DNA of 64,000 bases from Geosiphon pyriformis uo1 (taxonomy: Eukaryota; Fungi; Glomeromycota): the NCBI GenBank assembly GCA_016748015.1, contig JAAOMT010000553.1, forward strand, positions 280,947 to 344,946, in the 5' to 3' direction. Shown here piece after piece: positions 39,487-52,731 of this stretch. The stretch's first letter is position 1, and each line of letters starts with the position of its first letter. The position numbers and the translations under genes were made by a program. The notes below the pieces were generated by a model, which did not search any database, had not been told where the DNA came from, and saw only the letters and a program-made list of their open reading frames with translations.

Positions 39487-42400
39487 GGTTAAATTTAAGT
39501 GAATTCAATAAAATTGAATAGGCTATTATTAGAATAGGGTTTTTAACAAGAACAGAGTTTGTTTAGAAAGTAATTTTTTAAAGGCGGAGTTTAGTATTTA
39601 TTTTATTTCTCTGTGTTCAAATACTTGATAAATCAATTTATTCATCAAACTATGGTTTAATTTATTGTTTTTATTAGCTCTTACACTAATTTCGTATGCC
39701 ATGATCGAAAATAAAATTAACTTTAGAATTATTGATTATTTAACTGATTATAGGTTGAAATGGTACTTACCAATATGATCGTAAAACAGACATTAAAAAT
39801 TAGAAAATTCAAAAGAGAAATGATATATTAATGATATTTATAATCTAAAAGTATAATTAATTGAAATTTTTTTAAAAAAAAATATATAATTAAATCTTCC
39901 ATATGCGATATTTTAACATAATAGGTTTTAATTTTATTAAAAATAGTAAATAAATTATTATTCTTTTCGGTTCTATCATGGCTGAAGAATTTTTATTATT
40001 AGTAAGATATTTCATGTTTAAATAAATTTTGAATATGCTTTGAATATTATGAAAATATCAATTGGGGTCTACTCGATTTAATAATTTTTTGCCCTATTGG
40101 TTTTCTTTAGAACAATGAATTAATTCGAAGATTGTTACTAATTTCTCGGCCTGATATAATTTATGCAATTGAAAGAACCAATGAATACGCCAATTTATGA
40201 TTTTTATGACGGTTAAAGTTTTTTAGTAAATTATTATTATTATTATTTATATCGTCATAATCAATTAATTTAGAAATTGTTTTTGAAAATTAAAGCTAAT
40301 ATTCTAGCTGCGATAAAAATACTTTAAGATTCTTGTTTCATTATTATGTTCATATATAGCCCTAAACGTAGACTAAATGAATAAACCCTGAAAAGTTAAC
40401 ATTGCTTTTTCTTACCTAAATTCACCAATAAAAAAAATAATTCTTAAAATTCTTTTAATCTCTCCTATTTTATCCTAGGAGATGTCTCGAAACTGGTTTG
40501 CAAATTAAATTGTTGATTTTAACCCAATGTTTTAACATTTAGCGAGTAAAAGTGGTCCTTGAATTCTTTCATATAATCTTAATACCAAGTGTTCCAGAAA
40601 AATTTGATTTTGGGGAAACTGTGAAATTATGATCAGGTTTTGATTTCATCTTAATCGAAAGATAATTCATAGTTTTCAATAAGTTTAAAACCTTTAGGGA
40701 CTGTACAAGTTCAAAAAACATTTTCATTAATTAATAAGAATATTGGTATTAAATAAAATTAACTTTAAATTAACCCTAACCCTAATCCTAACCCTATTTA
40801 ACCTGTAAAAATGTTTAAGATGGTTTTAATTAAACTTTTTGAAATTTTTAGACTCTTCAGATGTACAAATTTCATTATTGTTGGCACAAGAAATACTAAA
40901 ACCATCAATAAAATTTATAATTGAAGAATTTTAGAGTAACTTAAATGGTTTATTGTGGGGGAAATAGATGCAAATATTAAACTGATAACCTTTATGGGTA
41001 CTTGGTCTTAAATATCTTGACAAATTGATTTTGGAAAAAACTTTATAATCCGAATAGCTGTGTGCTCATTATTTCCGCCCAAATGAAAATCAAGCAGGTG
41101 TGATTGGTTTTTTTTATCGACTCCCACATTAATAGTTAATAATATCTTTGACAAACTTAAACCGAATGGACCAATGATAAGCTTCAAAAATTTGTTTTAA
41201 GACACTAAAAATTTTTTATTTGATACTTTTCCATTCTTTTATTAAAATTTTTTCAACAAGAAATTGTCAAACTTAGATTTGGTCAAACAACTTTTTGAAA
41301 TTAAAGAACAGCTAAAGCAGTTAATAGTGCTAAAATTTATGACCCAATATCCCCAAAATAAAGTGGAATGGACTTCAAGAAAAGAGTTTATTATTTGATT
41401 TTAAATTTTTTTTTTTGAAGTTTCCAAGTTTATTTATTTCCAAACATTAAGGATTGTATTAATATATAATGAGCATTAAATTAACAGTTATCATTTTGCA
41501 TCATATTTTCATGATTTCTTTTTTAAATTGTAAAGCTATAAAATAATAACATGAGAACATAAAAAATTTATAAATTTTTTATGTTTTTAGATGAGATATT
41601 TATTCATTCGGGTTACTTTAATATGTGTCAAAAAGGTATTTTAAACAGTTTTTAAAATTAAAATTATTTTGTTGTTTAAGCCATTTCAACAGGAAAACTT
41701 CATTGTAAGTAAATACAAGTTTTATATTCTTGATAATTTGTACTTGATTATAAAATTTTTTAATTGCAAGGATAAATTTAACTTTTAAAAACTTTTATCT
41801 AAATTGATATTTCAATTAACTTGTTGTACTTGGATATATTTTTTAGGAAACCAATAAACAAGAAACGATTTTCATTGTGACATCTGAATATTTTAATTTC
41901 TATAATTAATTACCTAAAAACTTTTTGTACCTGAATCGTGTGATACACAGAAAAGCGTCTTAAAAACCTTAATTTATCATGGGAAATCAATTTTTTCATA
42001 AAGTACTTTAATTATACAGGCTTTTTTTTAGCAGTGGAAAAAATCTCGGGTGGCGGGAAATTTTTATAACAAGGCCATTTCGCCGTAACATTTTTTTTAT
42101 TACTAGCCAAATCCAGTTTTTCTTGGCTAATTTGTTTCGCAAGAGGATTATTTGACAAAGGGCGGAACATTAATCTTTCGCCTAGTGACGAAATTTGTTG
42201 ATTAATTCATTTTCCCACAAGATCTTGTTAATAATTTTCCACTATCTTTACTAAAGCAAGAGCCGGGGTAAACACGCTTCCAACTTGCAGTACTGTACAG
42301 TAAATGATTTTCATATTTAATGACTTTGTGTGAATTTTGGATCGTAAATTATTTTACGGGTTTGTTTAACGACCAGGACATTTTTCAATAATACACGAAT

Positions 42401-42572
42401 TTTATTCATGATTTCTTTGGTTTATTTAATAAATAAGGTACTACTACATCATAGAATAAATCTTTTGAAATCTCATCATGTTCAAAATATATTATTATTA
42501 TTATCCTTTTTTTTTTTTTTTTCATCAGAACCACTTAGAAACTGGGGATCATAGACATGATTTATTATTAAC

Positions 42573-42658
42573 CAACAACAACAAACAACAACAACAAACA
42601 ACAACAACAACAACAACAACGACAACAATAACAATAACAATAACAATAACAATAACAA
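42573..42658 (+). repeat. (ACA)n/(ACAATA)n microsatellite
   Basis: caacaacaacaa... then acaataacaata... Confidence 0.85.
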
Positions 42659-43259
42659 TGTGAACTGGGATTTCCTTTTCGGGAAAGATTTGTCAAACAT
42701 CATGCACTAAATTTTTATGTGAAACTATTTAAAATATGTGTTAGGACGATTTTCTCTAAATTAAGATTACCTTTTGCTTGTGGGTTACAATGATTATCAA
42801 AAGTAATTTTTTACCGTTGAAAATCATTTTGGGAATGCTCCAGTAGCACTTATTTTTTAAGGAATATATAAAATTTTCACATTTATCTTTGCCTTTTAGC
42901 GTAAAATCAAAAGTGTCAAATATGATAAATACTAAAACAAATTAGTATGATATCGCACTTTTTCTAAAAATATCTATTCTGTACCCAAAATTTGATTAAA
43001 TCATTTCAAGTTTTTCCTTTGTTTGTTAAAAGGATTGTATTTTTATTATTAATAGTATCGCCAAAAAAAGATCAAATCGACACTTTATGCATATTATCTT
43101 CATAATATTATTTTATAAAATGTAACTATGTATGTTAAAAAGTTCCCTTAAAAAAGGTTCCCTTGTCTATTTTCCTTTTTTTTCTCAATAATCATACCAA
43201 ATTTCAACTTTTTAATCCTGAAATATTCATTAAAATAAAAAAAGTACACATTAATTTTA

Positions 43260-43472
43260 ATGAAGACTATACATTTTTGTAAACTTTTTTTTCTGCTTCT
43301 CTTTTTTATCACATTTACGGGCATTCTTGCCTATCCAATTCAATCCCATCATTATCTTCATCATAATCGTCGTCGAAGTATATCAAATAAAGGCTTTATA
43401 AGGAGGAAAAATGGTCATTTCGTATTTTTAAACAAGTCAAAATGGCATCATATATCCACTGGAATTTTCTGA
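43260..43472 (+). CDS. Candidate short secreted peptide (70 aa) or truncated secreted-protein gene
   Basis: MKTIHFCKLFFLLLFFITFTGILA-YP is signal-peptide-like, followed by a His-rich/basic segment with RRR and RRK. No homology support. Confidence 0.4.
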   Translation: MKTIHFCKLFFLLLFFITFTGILAYPIQSHHYLHHNRRRSISNKGFIRRKNGHFVFLNKSKWHHISTGIF

Positions 43473-46400
43473 TCGATGGTGAGGAAAATAAGTTGTGGGA
43501 GGTTTACTGGAGTTACAAACTATCAAATTCTATGAAAGATTATTAAAAGTTTTTTTCTATGATAAATATTGTAGGGACTGATTTTTTGTGAACATTTAAA
43601 GTATTAGAGAATTTATTCTTAATATCATGATCTTATCAACTTTTCCCATACACGGAAACTTTTATCAAAGAGTTCTTATAATTACTGTTATTTTATACTT
43701 GAAATACATCGAAAGGTATAAAATGATTTAAATAATTTTTAATAAGCATTCAAATAAAATAATTTTAGAAGTAAAATGTTGTACGATTTTAAGTTTGAAA
43801 TTCCTACCTTTATTAAATTCATCTTAACTGGGACCTAAACTCAAAGTTTCTTATTAATATAAGAATCAAAGAAATTTTAAACACTTTACATCATTCGCTT
43901 TCGATAATTTCAATATCTTACATATTTCAAATCTTGACGAATTAAATTTCTTGGGAATCAAACAAATCTCAGACATGATATAAATAGTCTCGATAACATC
44001 AAAGAGATCCAAATTTGCAAAATTTGATCCTTAAAGAACTTTCTAATTAAACTATTAAAAATTTTTTTTTTAACTCGATTATACTTTCAGGCTATGTTTT
44101 TAAATAACCATTTATAAAATTAAAATTTTTTGCAAATTTTGAAAAACATTGTAAAATAATTTAATGTTTTTAAAAGAATTTCCCAATGGTATTATTAATT
44201 TTTATGTTTAAAATGGTATTTATGGCTGAAATTAACAATAATAACAACAATATCATGTTATTTTTAATTTAAAACGAGAATTAAAGTTTAAACCCCTAAT
44301 TAGTGCTAAAAAAAAAACTAAAATTAAGTAATATTTTTGAATTATTTACACTTTTAAGGTTTAGAAAATGGCCAATATAAATTTGTCATAAAATACTTGA
44401 AAAAATAAATACTTACAAAAAAAAACACTTTAATAAATTAAAAGGAAATTTTGTAACAAAATATTTTGACATATATTCTTTAGAAACTCTTGATAATGAA
44501 ACAATATTAAATTTTTTCCTTACATAAAACTATTCTTACATTAGAAAATTTTACATTTCAATGTTAAATAAAGCAAAGAAAATTAAAAATTCAATCATGT
44601 TGTTTAAATATTAAAGCTAAGAAATAAGGCAAACTATTATATTTTTACTTTTATGAAAAAATGTTATTATTTAAAGTTGTTTTAATAAAATATTTTTTTG
44701 TTCCATGTATTAAATATATAAATTTTACAATTTTGTACTGTTTGTAAATTAATTACTATCAAAATAAATAAATAAATAAATAAATAAATTTTGAAATGTT
44801 AAATCGATGAAAATATCACACACACAATTGTCTTTTTTAATAAAATATCTAGTAAAAAACTTTATAACCTTTTTAACTCATAAAACTTTCTTAAACCAAC
44901 ATATTTAGTCTCAATATATTCTGAAAAAATTTTCATTTAATAAAAATTTCCTTTATCTCTTCAAAGCAATTGTCATACTCTCTTCACAAAAATTCACAAT
45001 TTCTTTTAAAAGAACTTATAATTTCATGAATAAAGCAAAATCTTATATACCTAATTTTTATTTCAAAAAAGAATATTTTGGAAAAAAAATTCTTATCTGC
45101 AAATACTTGATTATTGAGTGATATTCCATTTAAAAGTTTGAGATTGACTCTAAATATCTTTTTTTTTCACTTAAAAATTTCTAATTTAGTTATGATTATG
45201 ATGAAATGCTCTTGTTTTGGTAAACTGACATATTTTCTTTAAATACACAGATGGCAAACTGACCCCGAAAATTTTTCACGGTAAAAACATTCTTATAAAT
45301 GATAATCAGCTTCAATGTTGTCCAGATACCGTTTATAATCGAATAAGAGATTTCAGAAAAATTTTAAAACCTGTTGGGATTACAATCCTAGCTCAGATTT
45401 TATATCATTGTAATCTTTTAAAATAAGTCTTTGCTTTTCTTTCATCAAATTACTTGTGTGCTTCGATCACTATTTAAAATTTGTTGCTCTGATTTTTCAA
45501 ATTAAAAATAACAATAATATTTTCCTTTGATTTTAGCGATTTTTCTATTAAGGATGAAGTTTTTTTTTTCTTTATTTCAATCCATTCATCAAACAGTAAT
45601 TATTTTGGTTTACATGTTCAATATTTTGTAATTTCTTTTTCTTCAAAGACTTTCAATCCCTTCAAAGTGACTGTTGTTAATTAGCACCAAAAAATATATC
45701 CATCCAAATAACCAATCTTTCACCTTTCATATCCCATAAATGAAATTTTGAGTCCAATCTATAAATAAACTAGTTAAAAACTTTTGCCATTTGCTTAGAA
45801 AATAAAATTTGTTTCTTGTTATTCAATTCAAGTTCTTTTGATGAGTCAAAAGAGCAAAGATCAGAAAATTAATCTTTAATTTTGAAAACTTATCTCGCAC
45901 TATGAAAATTTTCAGAGTTAGAAAAATATTACAGAGAATATAACTTTTGCTTAGGCAACTCAAAACTGATTTTCGTTTTCAACGAACACCGGGCTTAATT
46001 CATATGCTGTTGTGATGATTGCAAATGCTGTATTACTTTCAGAAGTTACCTTTGTCAGCTAGGCATTCCAGTAAGTATCCAAAACATTTGGTGAAAAAAC
46101 AACTAATCTCTAGCAAGTTGTTCTCGGGAAAGTCTCTGTGATCATTTGTGATATGTGGTTGATTTGCATTGGCGGCAGAGGTTGAGAAAAAGTTACAACG
46201 TTTTATCCTTGCCATGATCTGATTTAAAATAGTAAGTAATGAGTAGAAAGCATAACAAAGTTAAACCACAAGAGATAATAATAATGTCAAAAAAGAAACG
46301 AATCGGCAAAAAGGGAGTTGTCAAGCGTCACGAAAACACTAAGAAGTGGAAAGGTAAAACGGAAACCGTGAAAATGACGCAAGAAATAAGGGCCTAAAAT

Positions 46401-46879
46401 TATGATACTCAAAGTTAATGTCCACTTTTTTTGAAATGAACACGAGTGAAAAAATATATGCTGATTTCTTTAACGTAATCTTCGCGCCGATGATTGCCTT
46501 ATTGAGGACAAAATGTGGTAAATGATTAATCATGGATAATGTAGCAAAAATTAAACAATGATAATGACCAAGATTTAATGATATGTGATTAATCGAAGGC
46601 GGGATAGAATCAATGATTGTTGACGACATAATCATAAAGAAAATGACAACTGGAATTTGAACTCTGATTCTACATAAGATGGTGATATGATGCTTTGTTA
46701 AAGAAATAAAAGAGTTTCTCATTTATACTTACGATAACAATCAACAAGATATTTCTATTTCTACACCTTTGGTTGAAGAAAAATCTTTTTCCCAACAAAT
46801 ATACTCTATTTATCCTTGAAAAGCCTAAAATTATTTCGAGAATTTTTTTAACCAACAAAAAATCACCTTGAAAAGAAAG

Positions 46880-49327
46880 ATGGTTTTCAAACCTGTCTTA
46901 TCATCAGCAACTATCTCGGGAGGAACAACAAATCATGTGACGACAACACAAAATACTCAAGCTGCACATTTACCAACAGTTTCAACGGCCATGTTAATGT
47001 CACCTAATGCGACACCTCTAAAGTCTACACCATCTTCTTCATCTTTTACTCCCCCGAATGCAACACAACAAACACCAATAACTGTAAATGCAACAACTCA
47101 AAAGGATCAAAAAGAACAAAAAGTAATTGATGGTGCCGTTAAAAAGATTCCTACGCCCAGGAAACGTAAGACCCCTACAAAGGCAAAGGCAAAGGCATCA
47201 AAAATATCAACGGTTGCAACAGATGGCACAACAGCTAATGAGTCAAAACCACCAACATCAAGAGGCAAAAGAGGCAATGCAAAAAATGCAAAAAATAATT
47301 TAAATCATGAGGAAATTAATGGAATAGATTATAAACAATCACATACTAGTCAAGTTACTCCAAAAAATACCGTTACTGATATTATGACTCCAAATGAAGA
47401 TTATGATCAACCTGAAATAGTGAATTCACCGGGACAGCAAGGTCCAAATCCAGATAATTCACGAAAGAGAAAAAGCGCTTCAACCGGTCAAAGTTCCGCT
47501 CCTGAACAATCTCTCCCTGAAACCGTTCCTCTTACAATTACAGAAAAAAAAGCCAAGCGCCCAAAAAAGATAAAAGATCCGAATGCCCCCAAAAGACCAA
47601 TGAATTCTTATATGGAGTTTTGTCGTGCCAAGAGGTAAATCTTTTACCAAAGTCAGAAATATTGAGAAAAAGAAATTTTCCTCTTACATGATAAACTTAG
47701 ACCGGAAATTCGCAAAGAAAACCCAGACCTTAAATATGTCGATATTGGAAAAATTCTTAGTGAAATGTGGCGAAAAATGTCAGATTCAGAGAAAGAGGTA
47801 AATTTTATCATTGATACATTTTTGATGATTTTATATTTGTTCTGCCAATCTGAATATTTTTAAATTTGGCTCTAAATCTATTTCAATGAAAAGCCCTATC
47901 ACGAAGCAGTACGTATTTCCAAAGAACGATACGCTGAGCAGTGCAAGGCTTATCAAGCGGTATTTATTTTGGATACCCCGGAGTTATTATATGGTGTAAT
48001 TTTTGCAACCATATTTATTAAGATTTTTTCCTTTTTATGTATTTAACAGAGTCAAGTTACTGCTACCACTGATGAAACGCCACAATTAGCTTCCATACCC
48101 TTTGCTAAATCGCAAGAATCAGAAGCAATAGTTCTTCCCCACATTCAAAATATGATCACTTGTGAGCAACAAAATTTCAACCCACTCGTACAACAGATCA
48201 GCATCTCTCAAAGCAACAACTCGATCTTAACATCCCCAATCAAATCGAGAATCGAATCAAATTTGGATGACGAAAGCTTTCCCTTTTCACAATCCCCTCC
48301 TACTCAATATGCCACCTCGCCCAATACAATTTCTAATATTCCGATAATGCCTATGTCAACATATCCCAATTCGTTGGTTCGCCCTGCGGAAACTTTTCTT
48401 AGTAATAGTGGTTATGATATGAACAGGGAATTTGAGAAAGATTTCGCCGAGATGGATCAAATGGATGACCAAAATTTTAAAACTACAAATGAGGAAATCA
48501 ACAAGGTCAATCTTACTCGGGAGGAATTAAAAAAGGATGAATTAATAAATCCTGATTTAATTAATGTCCATCAACCAGTCGAAAGTAAGGGATCTCCGGA
48601 TTTCAAATATCAAGACTCTTTTGAAAGCCCTACGCCTATGTTTGAAAACTCGACCAACCATCCGAAAGAGCCCAGGTTTCCGGTAAAGGAAGAACCTCTT
48701 AGTCCACTTCTTTGCCAGCCATATTGTCCCCCATCAGCTGTTGGTACGAATGAGTTTTTTCTTAAAAAAGGAAAAAGCAAAAGTGATATTGAAAATTATT
48801 TATCAGGTTCATCAAAAGAAGAAATACCACCTGAGCAAAACTGCGAAACGACAGCATTACGCTCAGCCCATTCTGCTCCTCATCTCCTTCAACCAATGCG
48901 AACCACTTTGAAGCATATGAATTCAAATGAGATTTACGCAATCAATCAATCTTCTGTAATAGATCAAAAGCCGACTGAAAACTTAATTTCCCATCAACAA
49001 TTAATTTCAGAACGAATGATGATAACACCACAAGAGTTCGAGCACCAACAAGCAATGCGCCGACAAAAAAGAGAGGCTCAATCGCAAACCATTCTAGACC
49101 AGATCAATTATCAAACTCAAATTGGTTCAATGCCACCTCAAACAGTTCAGACAATGCCACAATCTCAATGGACCATTCCTCAAAACACGATGTCTAATCA
49201 AAATCAAAATCAAGGAGTTTCTCAACAAATTCAACAATTTGTATCACCTGGTCAATCCCAATCTATATATAATCAACAAATGTTAAATTCAAACGAGGGA
49301 GAATGGGAGATTCCAAGAGGATTTTAA
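46880..49327 (+). CDS. HMG-box protein (HMGB/NHP6-type box) with long Thr/Ser- and Gln-rich disordered flanks; 4 exons
   Basis: Exons 46880-47634, 47701-47797, 47894-47959, 48050-49327. Spliced box: KDPNAPKRPMNSYMEFCRAKRPEIRKENPDLKYVDIGKILSEMWRKMSDSEKEPYHEAVRISKERY. Confidence 0.92.
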
Positions 49328-50391
49328 AATCTCCTTTCTTCAATTAGATAGATTCAAAAGCTAATACATTAATGGGTCGGGTAAAAACTAGATGTTCAAT
49401 ATTTAATTTATCAAGTAAAAAATGTATAATAATTTTAAAAGAAGTTTCAATGAGCATCTAATATGTACTTTACATGTACATAAGGGTAGGTAGTGTAGAA
49501 CTAATTTATTAAAAATTAGGTTGGCGATGAAATAAAAAAAATTGAGTTTGAGCTCGGTTCAGAAAACGCTGATTAAAAATTTTTTTAAAATATTTATTAT
49601 TTCGAAAAGCTTTCATCTTAGCTTTTCTTCAAGTCTTGGAAAATTCACGAAAATCTTTATATAATGCCTGGAAAAGAGAGGAAAATTTTCCATTGTAAAA
49701 TTTTTATTTAGTTTTTGGAATGAAATTCTCATTATTTCTCAGTTCTAGCATACAGTATATTGGATCAAATAGGTGAGTAATATATTACTCTGTATCAAAA
49801 AAACCAAGACTCAATTTTAACATTTGATAAAGTTATTATTAAGAAAAATAAGTTAAATTTTGGAAATTTTTGATAGATAAAAAATCAGGTTAACTGTTTT
49901 TTTAAACAATCAGAGCCACGAATATTAAAATATCTATACCAGAAGTTTTTATTTAAAAATTAAATTTTTTTTAAAATAAAATAAAACATACTTATAAAAG
50001 CTTTGATTCATAATTCATTTACAAATGACTGTATATTTTTCTTTAATATCTTAAAAATTCTCCATTTTATTGTACCAAATAATGAACAATATATATTTTA
50101 ATTTAATATATATACATATTATACACAAGAATATTCGATTTTTCAAAAAAATAAATAATATTTTTATTTTTAAACTTTTTTATTTATTTATTTATTTATT
50201 TATTCGAAAAAAATGTATTTGCTAACGTTTTTTTTTTTAATAATTTAATCGTGTATTGTGATTAAAGCTTTTATAATATAAATGAATGTAAAAATCAAGG
50301 AACAAATTAAAATTAATAATAAATATATAATAAGTATTTGTAAAAAGAAAAATATATATATGACTTGTGTGCAGATAATTTTTGGGTTTTG

Positions 50392-50392
<1 letters not shown>

Positions 50393-50446
<54 letters not shown>
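50393..50446 (+). repeat. (ATT)n microsatellite
   Basis: About 18 tta/att units just left of the pogo element. Confidence 0.9.
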
Positions 50447-50447
<1 letters not shown>

Positions 50448-50465
50448 AAGAATTTTATTAAGGTA

Positions 50466-52731
50466 CAGTCAGACCTCCACAAAAGAACCCTCGATAAAAG
50501 GACAACCTCTTACAAAGAACAATTTTTTATAGAATCAATTGATTAATTAACAATTTTCCCTTTATATAAGAACAATCTATAAAGGAACAAGAACATAATT
50601 TTATCAAATATTTATTCGAAATTTACCTTCATATAAGAACAAATATCATGTGCTAGATGTTTAATTGGTAATTGGGAAAAGAGTTAGAACGTATTGAATT
50701 GAATTTATCCTAACTTTCTTTTAAATCGATTTACATTGGACTTACTCTTTTTAATCTTGTCTGTTTTCACATACAGCCACTTAGCCTTTATTGTATTCCA
50801 ATTCAGGCTTGCTAAAACCAAATCTAATATTATTATTATAGGCACATTTTCTAACAGACTTGCTAAATTATGACAATGTCAGAATTTTTATTTAAAAAAC
50901 AAAAATGAGCAGTAGTTAATGATGCTCTTCATAAAGAAATTTGTCAATATTTCAAAAATCACTATGGCACGAAACATGATGATATTGTAGCTTACTTCAA
51001 TCATAAATATCCAGAACTTCATATTTCTTGTCCAACTGTCTCCAAGATAATCAAAGAGCATGCAAAGTGGTTGAATATTGAAATTGATGAAATCTCAGAA
51101 AGATCTATTCGACACAAAAGCGTTAAATTTCCATTATTAGACCAAGCTTTAAGTTATTGGGTAGAACAAGTAACTGCAGCCACTATTGAATTCAATGATC
51201 AATTAATTAAAAAGAAAGGAAAAAAATTTGCCAAACTTCTTGGTATACACGAAAATGAAATACAATTCTCAAATGGATGGGTTCAGAAATTCAAAAAATG
51301 AAACCAGTTACGTGTTTACCAATTTCATGGTGAAGCAGGAAGTGTATCAACTGAAAGTTTACCAGAAGAACGAAGAAAATTAAAAACCATTATATCCGAA
51401 TTTGATCCTGCTGACATATATAATGCTGATGAAACAGGATTATTTTTTCGTATGGAACCAAATCAAACACTTGCAAAACGTCGAAATGCAGGAAAAAAAT
51501 TGGTATATTATATTTACCAATTGTTATCGTTATATCTTATTGTTATATTAAATTAATTGGGTTTTTTATAGGATAAATCTCGGATTACAATTCTTCTTGC
51601 TACAAATTCAACTGGATCTCACAAATTGCAACCTTTAGTAATTGGACATGCAAAAAATCCAAGATGCTTCAAAGGAATTAATACTTCCATCTACCTGTGC
51701 TTTACAAATTCAATTCCAAAGCATGGATGTGCTCAGATATATGGAAAGCATGACTTAAATATATAAATAAAGGCTTTTGAATTCAAAATCAGCATATATT
51801 ACTTTTCATTGATAATGAAATTTCTCATTATACTCAAATCGGGAAAGATTCATTCCAATTAACCAATATTACTTTGCACTATTTTCCTTCAAATACTATA
51901 TCATATCTTCAACCAATGGATGCTGGCATTATCAAATCTTTCAAAGGCAAATATAAGCACTTATATTATCAACATATTTTACATCAATTTGAACAAAAAA
52001 TTAATATTGAACAGTTAAGTAATATAATATATACAGTATTATTATCATTATATATTATATAATTTTATCTAATATTAATTTATTTTTTAAAAATAAATTA
52101 AACATAAAACAAGCAATTAATTATGTTGTTCAATCATGGTTTCAAGTAACACCTATTACAATTCAAAACTGTTGGCAAAAAACGGATATTCTTTTTTATA
52201 ATCAAGAATTAGAAATTCAAGAATCCGAAACATCAATTGCTATGGATATATTCAACAATTTACCATCAAATGCAAAACAATTGGTCAAAAATCTCGAAGA
52301 TTATACTGTAGCAGTTGATGAATTATTGGCAACTGAAAATATTCTTGATGATAATGAAATTGTAGATATGGTTTTAGCAGATGCTCAAATTGAAACCAAT
52401 ACAATTAATGACTCAGAAGAAGAATGAAAAGAATCTCCATCTGCTATAATTACAATTACAGAAGCATATGAAGCATTAAAAAAGGTGATTAAATTTGAAG
52501 AACAATTAGCAGAAGTAAATTTTAGTATAGAAAACCAAAATTTACTTAGAAAAAAATTATATGAATACGAAAAAATGAAAATTCTAAAAAACAGGTAAAA
52601 ATTAATCAATATTTTAATAATAATAATTTTGATTTAATAAATAAATATAGTTTATTTGATAATATTATAAAACTCTAAAATGGAACATAATTTGCATGTC
52701 CCAACTGTGTTCTTTTATAGAGGTCTGACTG
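50466..52731 (+). mobile_element. pogo/Tigger-type Tc1-mariner DNA transposon, full length (2266 bp), decayed transposase
   Basis: TIRs CAGTCAGACCTCcAcAAAAGAAC (50466-50488) and GTTCTTTTATAGAGGTCTGACTG (52709-52731); TA target duplication at 50464-65 and 52732-33. Confidence 0.93.
50870..52598 (+). pseudogene. CENP-B/pogo-family DDE transposase pseudogene (intron-containing)
   Basis: HTH (FSNGWVQKFK), YNADETGLFF, intron 51503-51571 joining KKL/DKSRITILLATNSTG, FIDN, YLQPMDAGIIKSFK, IQNCWQKTDI. Stops at ~50907, 51299, ~51751, ~51778. Confidence 0.88.

Noticed and set aside
42478-42703. Poly-Thr and poly-Leu ORFs
   Set aside because: Produced by the (ACA)n microsatellite.
43750-46000. Coding-like texture on the minus strand (possible old pseudogene)
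   Set aside because: Many stops and no recognisable motif.
46880-49327. HMG gene as a mating-type (MATA-HMG/SexP/SexM) locus
   Set aside because: The box starts KDPNAPKRP, typical of the HMGB/NHP6 class, and there are no flanking TPT or RNA helicase genes.
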